Assembly: GCA_051294375.1 (NCBI GenBank)
Contig: JBJCIZ010000744.1
Location: forward strand, 1,478,262 to 1,542,261
DNA from: Paraspadella gotoi
Taxonomy: Eukaryota > Animalia > Chaetognatha
Length of the DNA: 64,000 nt
Direction: 5' to 3'
Shown here one piece after another: positions 39,201-52,000 of this stretch (position 1 is its first letter; each line of letters starts with the position of its first letter). A program made the translations under genes and the position numbers. The notes beneath the pieces are model-generated. The model was not told the DNA's origin. It searched no databases and saw only the letters and a program-made list of their open reading frames with translations.

Positions 39201-42200
39201 ACGTTCGGTACATAGACTCTTATACGTACAGACGAGACGGACGGACGCTTTCAGCCTCTCTCGCCTGTCGATTGGGAACGACGCGTCGAGGCGTCGAGAA
39301 AAAGGACCTCAGCCTGAAAGCTCTGTTGACGATTTTCCACATGTTCGTCGCCATCTTTTTTTCGTCGTTGTTGTTGTATTTGGTTTTTGACTTATATTGC
39401 TTAACTTAAACGAGAGACAGAAAAAACCTAAACGAACCACAAAAAAAAGAAAGAAAAAATAAATCCGAGAAGTAAAAAAAAAAAAAATTAGCAAGTAATG
39501 TCGACGATAAACTGTAGGGGATAATTTTAAGGCGACTTATTTGTTGAAGACCGACGCTCTTCTTCTCTGTTTATCTTGAAGAAACACCTCCGCGACCCTG
39601 GGGAGGGGCCTGACGGAAGTAGACGGTGGAGACCACGTGATCTCCTTTTTAATATTTGCTAACTAATAATCAAATAATTAATTAAAGAAAAGAGGAATTA
39701 AATCTTTCCATTCGCTATCGATTTCATTCAAACTTTCAATATCCAGCTCAATGACACAACACTTCCCTACCCACAATGTCGTACAAAATTTTCATTCCAA
39801 TCTCAATCACGAGTAATTGGACGTTTTTTTGGCTAAGGTGGGACGGACGGACAGACTCGTTTTTTTTGTTTTTTTTGCATAATTCTTAGCACAATTCGAT
39901 ACCGACAGATGATAAGTGAAATCGGACAAGGATTGAGGGGGGCCCGGACCGACGGACCGCAAAGTGAATTATATGAGTCGGGTGATGCTGCCGACAGAGC
40001 AACATCCTTTAAAAATAATAACCACCAAAGAACCTTGATCGTCGCAAGCGTTCGGCGGCGGCTGGCGGGGCACCTTGTTCCGGAATCGGCGCAGAAATCC
40101 CGGCGGTAGCGCGGGAAAGGTCGGCGGCGGGGGGAGGCGGCCTGGAGAGGAGGGGCGCGGGCGCCGAACCGTCGCTTGATAATGAGAGTGCGACTCTGCG
40201 TTGTTCGTCCAATTCGCCCATTTTCTGCGCGCGGACGGGATCGCTGAGGTTTTGGGGGGTGGAAAGGAGTTGGTGAGGAGTTGTCAGTTGTGGAGACGCT
40301 CGGTGGATCAGATCGAGTTAATAGTCATCAGCTCTGTCACTTCGGCCACCGGTATAGTAGACAGGAGAATCTCGCTTAAAAAGAAATTCACAAATTTTTT
40401 TCTAATAGAGTAATTCCGTTAATCTGACGTACCTCAAATTGGCAAACGCGTTTGCCAAAATTCGGTTAAAAATACAACTTGTAAGAAGACACACGATTCG
40501 AGAGCGTGTACAACTGAACGAGCTGGTTCCTATTTCGTTTTATGGCAATTTGTGAAGGATTTAATATCAAACAAGCTCAGGGGAAATGCCTATCTGTCTC
40601 CGGAGAATTTCAAACCCTCTTTTTCACTATAAAGAAAATGAAAGGGAAAGTTACAACTTAAAATTGCAACTGGTGATTGTATATTTCTGTTAATGCGGCG
40701 CCTTCGAATTTCGGCAATTCTGATACGCTTGTGTCTGAAGAGCTTGTTCCTATTTTCTTTTTTCATTTTAGTAATGATTTTGACATAAAATGATTCAGGT
40801 CTATATGAAATAGTCCGGTTTGAATCGCGAATTTTTATTTAAAAGAATTAAAGGAGGGTGAGAAAAAAAAAATACTGATTTTTTCTAATACTTTTTGAAG
40901 GAATAACAGATATAAGAGATGTAATAATGACCAAAATGGCCATAATCATAGGGCACATCAGATACAATTTTAGAATTACTTTATGCTGAAACTCCTTACA
41001 GGGTGGGTGTCAAACTAAGTCAAATTATAATGAATTTTAAAAACTAATGACCCCCACAAGAATAAATGAAAATTTAATTCTTTTTAATTTGATGTCTGAA
41101 AGAAAAAAGGCAAAAGTTGTACTCTAGTAAAACTTTAAAGTTTTTTGATAAAGAAATTGTGTAATTTTTTGTCACTTTAAATACTTTGCTTGTCTGTTTA
41201 TACAAGCATGCTTACAAAATTCTTACAAAATATTATTCACCCCATCACAGCCTATAGTATTTCTCTTCTTTTCCACCAGCAAAATAAACATTATTTTGAA
41301 TGGCTAAGAAGAACAGGGATGTTTACTGAATGAGCCGGAAGAACATTGAAATTCTGTCATTTTACTTCATTTTTGAATAATATAATAGGCGAATTTTTTA
41401 ATTATTTAACTTCTCACAGGCCCTTCAAAGATAATTTATAGCTTTCATAAGTATCCCAATTTTAATGTAATTTATTAATATTTTTTTACCCAGAAATCAT
41501 AAAATAAAGAACAGTTGTGGATTCCTTCGCTCGTTTAAGAAAAAAAAATTAATCTAGCGGCAATTCTAGTTTGTAAGAGGCAAGTCAGAATCGGCGAGAA
41601 ATCTTAAAAGGCAAGAATGTTGGAAAAAAGGGGTGGAATTTGATGGGTTTCGCTAAGATTCGTCCACAATGTGAGGGGGGGGGGGGGGGGGTCGTTAAAG
41701 CGAAAGTTAGATTTAGCAATATCGCGTCATTCCACATCTATCGATATAAAAATATAAGAAAAGTCACTGGCTTCTTTTTTTCTATAGCGGCTTCCTAGGT
41801 ATAGATTCCTCTGTGAATGTCTAACATTTTGGACGACTGTTAGAAACCTCGGGGACCTGGAAAACCTGAAACCCTGGAAAACCCTGGAGCCTGGTTCCAA
41901 ACTTAGGACCGTTTCATTACTGTCAGTGGGGGCACAGAAGAATACGTTGTGGTTTTAAGCTCACCTAAAGCCACCGCAAGATTACTCTTTAGAATTGACA
42001 ACTCGGTTCTCACCCGCATATTTCCGCTTCTTCAGACCTCGCTCCTCCCTTCCTCTTCTTCCTCATCTCTCTCATCTTCATCGTCTCCTCTCGTCGACCA
42101 ATGTACTTTTCCAGGTGATCCTCATGTAGTCCTTCCAGACGGAAAGGCGTCGTCGAGAGCAGCGCTGCCGCTCCGCCGCGGGACTTTGGCGTAAGCCGTC

Positions 42201-42770
42201 CGTCCAAGTCTGTTCGTTCGAGGATAAACGGGGGGTTCGAGTTTTAACGTTGGTATACGTACAGACGGACACGGACGGACGGCTTTCAGTCTCTCTCGCT
42301 CTGTCCCCCCGGAAAGAAAGTTGGGAAAAAAAAACCGACGCGGGGTTTCCGAAGGCCGTTCCGAAAAAAAAAGAAAAAGGACCGTCAGCCTGGAAAATGC
42401 TGCTGTTGACGATTTTCCCATGTTCGTTCGGCCATCTTTTTTTCGTCGTTTTGTTGTTTATTGTGGTTTTGACTTATATTGCTTAACTCTAAACGAGAAG
42501 ACGAATAAAACCTAAACGAACTACAAGAAAAAAGAAAAAAATAATCCGAGAAGTAAAAAAAAAAAAATTAGCAAGTAATGGTGACGACATAACTGTAGGG
42601 GATAATTTTAAGGAGACTTATTTGTTGAAGCACCGACGCTCTTCTTCTCTTGTTTATCTTGAAGAAAGCACCTCCCGGACCTGGGGAGGGCCTGACGGAA
42701 GTAGACCGTGGGACCACGTGATCTCCTTTTTATGATATTTGCTGAACTAATAATCAATAATTAATTAAGA
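36280..42770. repeat. Multi-kb duplicated unit (36280-37300, 37880-39700, 39700-40360, 41800-42770) carrying two minus-strand exons
   Basis: Colinear copies of cagagcaacatccctt...cggcggtagcgcgggaaagg, ccctggaaaaccctggagcctggttccaaacttagg and cgacgctcttcttctctgtttatcttgaagaaa, differing by indel noise. Confidence 0.8.
38972..39343 (-). CDS. Putative first exon of an unassigned gene with an Arg-rich transit-peptide-like start and an acidic tract (copy at about 42010-42422)
   Basis: MWKIVNRAFRLRSFFSTPRRVVPNRQ...AALLSTTPFVWKDYEDHRKYMVDEEDDDEDEE...REMMR|gtgag, which joins in phase to acag|ELMTLLDDPP at about 37174. Confidence 0.4.
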
Positions 42771-42829
42771 GTAGTATCACAATCAGAGATAACAGAATCT
42801 AGCCTAAGTGTCGGAGGCGGGAGTTGGCC

Positions 42830-43420
42830 CCGAGTTGCAGCCAGATATTCGACGAAAAAGTCTCTATCCTCTTCTTGACATCAGTTGAATTCAACATTAG
42901 AACCCTTTCCGTCTTTTCAGGAGGACGTTCCAATCGCAGCCCAGTTTTGGTCCAGTGTGCGAGCGCAAGAATTCGACGAAAGTCTCTATCTCTCTTGACG
43001 AATCAGTTGAATTCAACATTAGAATCCTCGTGCTCAGGAGGACAGTTCCAATCCAGCCCATTTTGGTCCCCGGCAGTTGGCAGCGCAGAATTCGCGAAAG
43101 TCTCTATCTCTCTTGGACATCAGTTGAATTCAACATTAGAATCCCTCGTCTCAGGAGGACAGTTTCCACAATGCCAGCCCATTTTGATCCCCAGTTGCGC
43201 GCAGCATTTCGACGTAATAGTCCTATCTTCTCTGGACATCAGTTGAATTCAACATTAGAAATCCGTCGTCTCAGAGGCAGCTTTCAAAATCCAGCCCATT
43301 TTTGGTCCCAGTTGCAGCGCAGAATTCGACGAAAGTCTCTATCTCTCTTGAATCAATTGAATTCAACATTAGAATCCCTCGTCTCAGGAGGACAGTTCCA
43401 AATCCAGCCCATTTGCTCGA
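42830..43420. repeat. About 119-bp tandem repeat (x5)
   Basis: Unit gttgcagcgcagaattcgacgaaagtctctatctctcttgacatcagttgaattcaacattagaatccctcgtctcaggaggacagttccaatccagcccatttt. Confidence 0.9.
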
Positions 43421-46010
43421 AAGGCTGACGTCGACGAGACCATGCGATGAAAGCCGATCGACGACCATCTGACCAAAGAAAAAGTCCGCCGCTTCACGAT
43501 GGACAAACTCATCCTTGCATACCACGTCCCAGATGTCGGAAAAAGACGAACACGGTCTCAATCTCGCAAAACTCAAAGCACTTCTTTGAGCGACTGTCTG
43601 ACTGCCTTCAGCGCGAGAATGGGACTGCTTGCTTCCCGAAGTCTCGTGATTGAGTTGCCGCCGCATTGGACTTAATTTCTTCTTTTTTGGTTCACGTTTT
43701 ATTGTTACGATATATTTTTTTTGTAACCATTTCCGCAATTATTTGTTCGCAATTATTTGTTTTCTTCAAAAAAAAAAGAAACAGACTCGGAAATTAACGA
43801 TCGGCGACTTTTTATTCATGCGTTACGTTTCGTTACCGATATAAAGATTCAAGTGTTTTTTAAAAAAACAACTATTATGTTGTTTTCAATTCGTCCTATA
43901 TTTTTTTTTGCTCAAGTTTTTAGTAATATTACATTAAGGTTATTGTTGCCATTTGTTAAAATTTGTCAACAATTAAACAGTTCGTTAACGATTCATTAGC
44001 AGTTCGTTAACGATTCCTCAACGAATTGGAAAGATGAATTTCTTCGGCGACGTCGACATGGACGAACGAGTGACGAAGATAAAGGGAGCGACAGTTCCGA
44101 CGACGACGACGCCGACTTTCTGCTCAGTCTCGGGTATGAAGAGAAGGGTGGAAGGGGGAGTTGTTCGGGGGCTTGGGGGGGGGGTTAAAGGGAGGAGGTT
44201 TAAAAAGAGGGTTAGGGTTGAAGGATGAAGGATTCGGTAGAGTCGGATAAATTAAATTAAATTCTGAAATTAACAAGTTTGAGCCAATACCGGCGGATCT
44301 GCCCACGATCATAAGCAGTAATTAAATATTATAAAAATAGTTTAGAAACATTTTAATTTTATTGTTTTAAATTAATTTAATGTTAGTAGCATTACTACTC
44401 AAACTGTCCTCTGTTCTCTGCTTTCGTTGTTGTAATTTATATTCTTAATTCTGATTGGGAGGCTTTTCTAGTTATTTTATTGGTCGTTGTCTCAAAAGTC
44501 GAAAGTCATTTTAATTGGTCTATTTAATTTTAAAGAGTTTAAAAGGGCAAATAAACTTTAAACTTTTAGAAATTGCCCCAGGTAACATTAGGAACATGAT
44601 GAAATATTGTGTCATTTCTTGAAATGATTCTAATCATTTAAATTATNNNNNNNNNNNNNNNNNNNNNNNNNTGCAGTATTCACATCAAATAACAATCTAC
44701 TGAATGCGTCGGTCCCCTCGTTGCAGCGCAGAAGCGACCCCGAAAGTCCTCCCTATCCCTTTGACTTCCAATTAACCTTCACCTTAGATCCCCTCCGTAC
44801 TCAGCCCCACCGAGGACATTCCAAATCCAGCCCATTTGCTCGAAAGGCTCGACGTCGCAGACCATCGATGAAAGCCGATCGACGACCATCTGACCAAAGA
44901 AAAGTCCGCCGCTTCACGATGGACAAATCTCCTTCCAGTCCTCCAGATGTCGGAAAAAAAGACGAACACAGGTCTCGATCTCGCAAAGTCAAAGCACTTT
45001 TCTTGAGCGACTGTCTGACTCCTTCAGCGCGAGTGACTGTTGCTTCCCGAAGCCTTGATTGAGTTGCCGCCGCATGTGCGACTTAATTTCTTCTTTTTTG
45101 GTTCACTTTTATTGTTAACATATATTTTGTAACCATTTCCGCAATTATTTGTTCGCCAATTATTTGTTTTCTTCAAAAAAAAAAAGAAACAGATCGAAAT
45201 TAACGATCGGCGACTTTTATGCGTTACTGTTTCGTTCCGATATAAGATTCAAGTGTTTTTTTAAAAAAACAATTATTGTTTTTCCAATTCGTCTATTTTT
45301 TTTCTTCAAGTTTTATTATTATATTATTATTAAGGTTATTGTTGCCATTGTTTAAAATTTGTCAACAATTAAACAGTTCGTTAACGATTCATTAGCAGTT
45401 CGTTAACGATTCCTCAACGAATTGGAAAGATGAATTTCTTCGGCGACGTCGACATGGACCAACCGAGTGACGAAGATAAGGGAGCGACAGTTCCGACGAC
45501 GACGACGCCGACTTTCTGCTCAGTCTCGGGTATAGAGAAGGGTGGGATAGGGGGAGTTGTTCGGGGGGGTAAAGGGAGGAGTTTAAAGAAGGGTTAGGTT
45601 GCGCAAAGGGTGTGAGATGCGGATAAATTAAATTAAATTCTGAATTAACAGTTTGAGCAAACAATGCCGGATCTGCCCACGATCATAAGCAGTAATTAAA
45701 TTTATTTTAAATAGTTTAGAAACATTTTAATTTTAATTGTTTTAAAATTTAATGTTAGTAGCAATACTACTCAAACTCGTCCTTGTTCTCTGGTTTCGTT
45801 GGTTGTAATTTAATTTTATTCTGATTGGGAGGCTTTTCTAGTTCATTTTGGTCGTTGTCTCAAAAGTCGAAAGTCATTTTAATTGTCTATTTAATTTATA
45901 AGAAGTTTAAAAGGGCAAATAAACTTTAACTTTTAGAAGATTGCCCAGGTAACATTAGGAAACATGATGAAATATGTGTCATTTCTTGAAATAATGATTC
46001 TAAACATTTA
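43390..46010. repeat. About 1.25-kb duplication across an N gap (43390-44645 and 44810-46010) including EAPP exon 1
   Basis: Near-identical colinear sequence on both sides of the gap at 44647-44671. Confidence 0.85.
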
Positions 46011-49000
46011 AATTAATATTGTAGACATTGAGCTTTCACTTTGGTTCTCTATTACATTCATCGGACGCTTTACTCGTTTTGCTTACCTCTGATTATTTTA
46101 TTACAGCAGATTCGGCTAAAAAGTAAAACCCTCTTAAACCGATCACCAACATCTTACCAATGATTACATATTATTATTATAATACGAAAATAGGCAGTCT
46201 AATGTTGATAACAAAATAACTTTGCCGTATGAAAAAAAAAGAACAATTAAACACTTTATATCGTCTCTTTCAAAAAAACGAACAGAAAAAATAAGATGAT
46301 GTAAGCGAACGCAGTTTCTCTGAGTACCCGTAGCACCCGGGACGCCTCGCCCGCTTCCCCCGCCGGCGGGGAGAGAACGATGCCGTCTCTCCCGCTCCTC
46401 CTCCCGGACGTTGCCGATTTGACTCTCCATCCAATTGTCGCTTCGCGACGGTCCCAGGTCGACTCTACAATTCTTCCCCCTCAAAAGACCCGGAGTAAAC
46501 CGACTTTGAACGGATGATGGGGTACGAGTTGCGGCATCTCGTCGGTCCACATCGCCGAGCAGAAGGCGACGACGATACGTTCGGGAGACTGGCTCCCGAC
46601 GCTGCTTCGCGGTCTTCACCGCCGCAGAGAAACCGGAAGAATACTACGACGACGTATATCCGATTCGGACGAGACGACGACGACGACGACGCACAACGAC
46701 GACCGATCAAAACCCCTCTCCTCTCTCCCACACCCAACCTGGCCGAGTAAAGAGAAGGAAGAGCAAAATGGAGAAGAAGCAGAAAATAAGAATCCGCGTT
46801 GATGAGCAACGACGATTTTCTCTACGATCCGTCTGATGACGACGATCAAATGATGGCGGAGAAGAGACATGACGGGCGTGGGGGAGGATTGGAGAGAGAG
46901 CAAATCCTCTGGCCGATTCCAACTGGTCGCTGCTTGGGCCGTTGCGCCGTTCGAGGGCAACACGGGTATTGGTCGGGTCTATGAACACGCGGCGATTTTC
47001 GGTTGTTCGCAGCAACCTTGGCGTGTTGGATTGCACCACAGTCGGGTTGTGACAAGGGGTAGGGGGGGTGGAGGTAATCATTAGTTCCCGGGTTTCTCCT
47101 GTCGTTAAACATCTCGTGCAATATTTTTCTTAGTTCAATTATAGTTTTAAAGATGAGGGAGTTAATTGATTTAATTAAATTAATTTGTGAGTCTGATTTG
47201 GAAAGCTTGCTTATGTTTTTCGTAAGAGTGATGTGAGGCCAAAACAATTACCGTTGATCCAGTTCCAACGTCCCGACGGTCAGAACGAATAGCTTGTTTT
47301 GAAGATGGGATATTTTAAATTTGCTTTAACCAGATTTATTTAATTGATCTGAAAAGAATGTAACGTTTCAATGGTGGAATTGATGTGGGGTGGCGTAAGG
47401 TAAGGATTGAAGGACGTACAATATGTTATACGGTTCCCTCTATTTTCTAGTCTTGACCTTTCCAAGGCGGACAAGAAAGGAAAAGAGTCTGGGAAGGCAG
47501 CCCCTCTTCTTCCTGGCCTCAGGCTCACGCTAGCTCCATGCGTCTGACAACTCGCGTCCCTCGCGCTGGTCTCTCTTCTCTCTCTCTGCCGTCTGTCCTG
47601 TCTCTGCGAGCACTTTCTCTCCATCCCTCCTGCATTTTGGTTGTGATACTGGTGCTCTCACTGTATTATAGGCACTGAACCCTGGGGGTGACTGTGAGTA
47701 GTTCTGCGGTGTGGTTTCTTCTTTTGACGGTCGTTGATCTCTGACGTTCGGTCTTCCTGTCAAGTTCTTTTGTTTTCCTCTCGTCATCGCGGCCCAGTCA
47801 TGATGACATGTGTTCGTTAAGGAACTGTATAGTTCGTCTTTTTCTAGTGTTGGATAAGTTTAGTAACTCGCACCTACATTTAATGAACCAAGCTGGGGCG
47901 CTGAGGCGGTTCTTTCACTTAACAAGTTGTCCCTAGATTGTTTGTTATTTGTTTTGTTCCTTAGTTTCATGTTTGTACTGAAATGTAGGATTGTTAGGAG
48001 ACCCATAACAGAGTATTTGCTCTGGTGGTGTGAAGCAGGGAACTTCCGGCAATGTTTTGGGTTGAAGGCGTCTGCTTTCCGTTTCGCGAATTCGATTGTT
48101 AATTTTTGGGAAAAAGAGGGAGTTCGGTACGGCAGCAGAGTCTAAGGTTACCTTTATTTTTTATAATTCTCGGAGTTCTCTTCCTCTCTCTTCTCTCCTC
48201 TCTCTTTCTCCCTTCCTCCTTTCTTTTCTCATCTTTCCTACTTCCCTCCTCCCTCGTCATCTCATATCGTTTCTTCAATCTTCTCTGCTGTTTTCTCTCA
48301 TCCATTCCGCTCCGACCTTTATGTTACTCTTAGGAATTTTTCTGTTTGGTTACTTATTTGAAATTCTTGCTCGCATGTTTCTTACTAATATTGGTGTGTA
48401 CTTGCTCTAAGCGATATTATTATGTAGATTCAGCTTCAGTCTCTTCAATCTCTTCTAACGGGACTCCTCTTCTCCTCTTCTTTTTGGTCTTTTCCTCTTT
48501 GTTCTTGTTTCTCTGACATCTCTCTTTTCTCTATCTTCTCGTCTTTCCTCTCTCCTCCTTTCCTTCGTCCTCCTATCAACGAATGTTGTTTTTATATTGC
48601 GACAATTATTTTGCGTTCGTAGCGCTAATTAGAGACAGTTCAATTTATTCTCTCTTTCTTTCCTGTTTTTTTGTCTATTCATTCACTCTTTGCGCTATCC
48701 TAATTATATAGTGTCTTTCGATTTATAAATGATTTTATTCTGCCTCGTTCATATTAGCAGGGATTATTAGAAACAGTTAATTATTAGATTGATAATTATA
48801 CGCGCTTTTTTCTTTTTTCCCTTTTTTGCACTGTATTCTTCGACTAATATTTTCTACTCTCCCGTGTCTCTTTTAGTTTCTACTTACAACGTTGGTGCGA
48901 AATCCTCCGTTGTGACTTTTCCCGGCGCTCGGAATTGCGACAAATGTGACTGAGACTTAGCGGGGTACTCAGAACGAGACGAAACAACTCTCGCGCGAAT

Positions 49001-52000
49001 TCCGTGATTTCTCGCGTTGTCCTTGGTGAGTAATAATTTGAATGATCGGAATGCCAATACAAATAATCTTTCTCCGGAGTTATATTGACTATTTTTAATT
49101 ATGTCGTACGTTAATAAAATAATTAGAGTGAATCATTAGTTCTCTATTTCGGTCACCGCTTGAGAAGAACAACAAGTAATGTTTATGATCATTAAGATGA
49201 CGATTCGTTCTTTTTCTATGCGGTGCTGAGATCCCGGTAGGGATGAGTTCCCGCCGGTTCTGTGTCTCCGGTAAGTTGAAACGACGCTCTTGGGTTCGGG
49301 GACTGTTTCGTTTTTATCAGGCTAATTGGTGATTCCATTTATAACCAGGGGAGGAAGAACTGATGATGTGTACCCTACCCTGGTTAGTTCGCCCGGTCCC
49401 TTTACCCGCGAACTTCAAGACAAGTTATTAAGTTCAGGGATCAAGAGTGTATGTTTCGCGAAAGCATGGATCGGATCTAATCGAGCTCGGAGAGGCTCCG
49501 GGCCATGGAGTGCTCTGTCCTTCTACTGCCAGTCGGGTTCCTCTCCTGAGTTTGTCTCTTGCGTTGTTTTAAACAGACGGCAACTGAAGTTTTCATATTT
49601 ATTATGAGGAAATGGGGTTATAAGAAAAAAATTCGATGTTTTATAAAAATTGCCACCACTAAAACCTTTTAATAGAAAGAGTGACAACCAGGGTGAGAGT
49701 CGATTGTTTATTCATTGTTGTTGTACAGTGTTTATAGTTAGGTTTATCAGGTCGAGATGGTTTTTGGCTTTCTTCATTGGTTTGAGATGGACCGAGTAGC
49801 TGCTCGAATTGTCGAGTTGTTGGCCATTCTGAAGTCCCTCTGAGAATTCGGCATCTTACTTGACGACTTGAAAAGGGCCAAGCGGGCGCTTCTCCCGAGC
49901 TCGGCGGCGTTTTGGCTCCACCGTTTGCGGGTCCAGGGAAGTTTACTTTGTTTCAAAGATTTGCAAGAAAGCTTCTTGTTCCTAGATGTGAGATGGATTC
50001 ATGCATTTTATCTTGTTGGTGTTGGGGAAGATGGGATTTGAAATAATAGATTGTCTTTTCTATTCATTCATATCATTCATATATATACTAGTGTGTGTCA
50101 GTTCAATGTCATTCGTGTCATTGATGGGGAGTACCGAGTTCATTTATTCATTCATCTATCCTTTGTTATACATTTAATCTTATCGTACTCAGTTGTTCAC
50201 TATATATCAAACTTTTATGGTATTGTCATAATTCTTCCATTGTGCGTTCATTTTTTTCCATCTCCTCTCCATCGGTTATTATTCTAACACAATTTCACCT
50301 CCATTTGAACTAGTTTGTCGTGTTGTGGTAGTGATTTAAATTATTATTTGTAGAGCATTGAGCTTTCACTTTGGTATCTCTATTTCACATTCGGACGCTT
50401 TACTCGTTTTGCTTTACCTCTGATTATTTTATTACAGCAGATTCCGGCTAAAAAGTCAAAACCCTCTTAAACCGATCACCAACATCTTACCAATGATTAC
50501 ATATATATTATTATAATACGGAAAATGGGCAGTCTAATGTTGATAACAAAATAACTTTGCCGTATGAAAAAAAAGAACAATTAAAACTTATTATTCGTCT
50601 CTTTCAAAAACAACGAACAGAAAAATAAGATGATGTAACGAACGTCCATTTATCCCTTCCTCCCCTCAGCACCCGCCGAGCACGCCCTCGAACCCGCTCC
50701 CCCGCCCGCGCGGAGACCGATGCCGTCTCTCCCGCTCCTCCTCCCGACGTGTCCGATTTGACTCTCAATCCTTCGTCGCCTCGCGACGTCCCAGGTCGGA
50801 CTCTCAATTCTTCCAAGTCAAAAGACCCGGATGTAACCGACTTTGAACGGATGATGGAGGACGAGTTGCAGCGCATCGTCGTCGTCCACATCGCCGAGCA
50901 GAAGAAGCGATTCGACGAGACGTTCGGCGGAGACGGGGGCAGCTCCGCCGACGCTGCTTCCGCGGCTTCAGCCGCCGCAGAGAAACCGGAAGAATACTAC
51001 GACGACGTCTACTTCGACTCGGACGAAGACGACGACGACGACGACGACGCTACAACGACGACCGATCAAAACGCCCTCTCCTCTCTCTCCACAAACCCAA
51101 CCTGGCCGAGTAGAGAGAAGGAAGAGCAAAATAGGAAGAAGAAGCAGAAAATAAAGAAGCGACGTCCGGTGATGAGCAACGACGATCTTCTCTACGATCC
51201 GTCGATGGACGACGACGATCAAAAATGGATCGACGAGAGAAGGAGACGACTTTTGTATCCTGGGAAAGAGGAGGAGGAGGAAGAGGATGAGAAGAAGATG
51301 AAGAAGAAGAAGAAGAAAACTCCCCTGCCTCATTCCGACGCTACGTTATCCTGTCCCGCCTGCATGACCGTTCTCTCCTTCGATTGTCAAAAACACGAGA
51401 TTTATTCGCATCAGTACAGGGCGATTTTTGTGGACAACTGCGTTGTGGATAAGTCGCAGGTTTGTGAAAGATGGGGAAGTAGTTTGCCGGTTTTACTGTT
51501 ACAACATTTGTTTCAACTATTTTTTTAGTCAATATAGTTAAAGATAGGGAGTTAATTAATTAATCTGACAGTCTTGATTGAAAGCTTGCTTATGTTATTA
51601 TCTGTAAGAGGGATGGAGGCCCAAAACAATTACCGCTTGTCAGTTTCCAAAAGTCACGGTACAAAATTAGCTTGATTTAAGAATGAATGGATAAAAATTA
51701 AATTGCTTTACCCAATTTTCATAAATATAGTCATTGGAAAAGATGTACTTCAAAAAATGAATTGTTATACTGTATATTTAAGGAAAAACTCATGGATTTT
51801 CTATGACGAAATCAGAAGAGGTTTTATTCTAGAATAAAGGTGACGGTGGAGGACGCGCGGCAGGAGTCTTAGATCAATTCTACTGAAACTAGAATCAAGC
51901 TAAGTCATATTTTAACTTGGGAAGAGGATCGGGCAACTGGGGTAAAATTTACAATTCAATGATTACTGCAAGCTGATATGGTCGATTCCGTTCGGTTGCT

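Noticed and set aside
42830-43420. CRISPR-like array (regular repeats with a palindrome)
   Set aside because: Whole 119-bp units repeat with no unique spacers, there are no cas genes and the context is eukaryotic.
47510-50340. Hydrophobic ORFs as membrane proteins
   Set aside because: CT-rich low-complexity or noisy sequence without consistent splice or codon signals.
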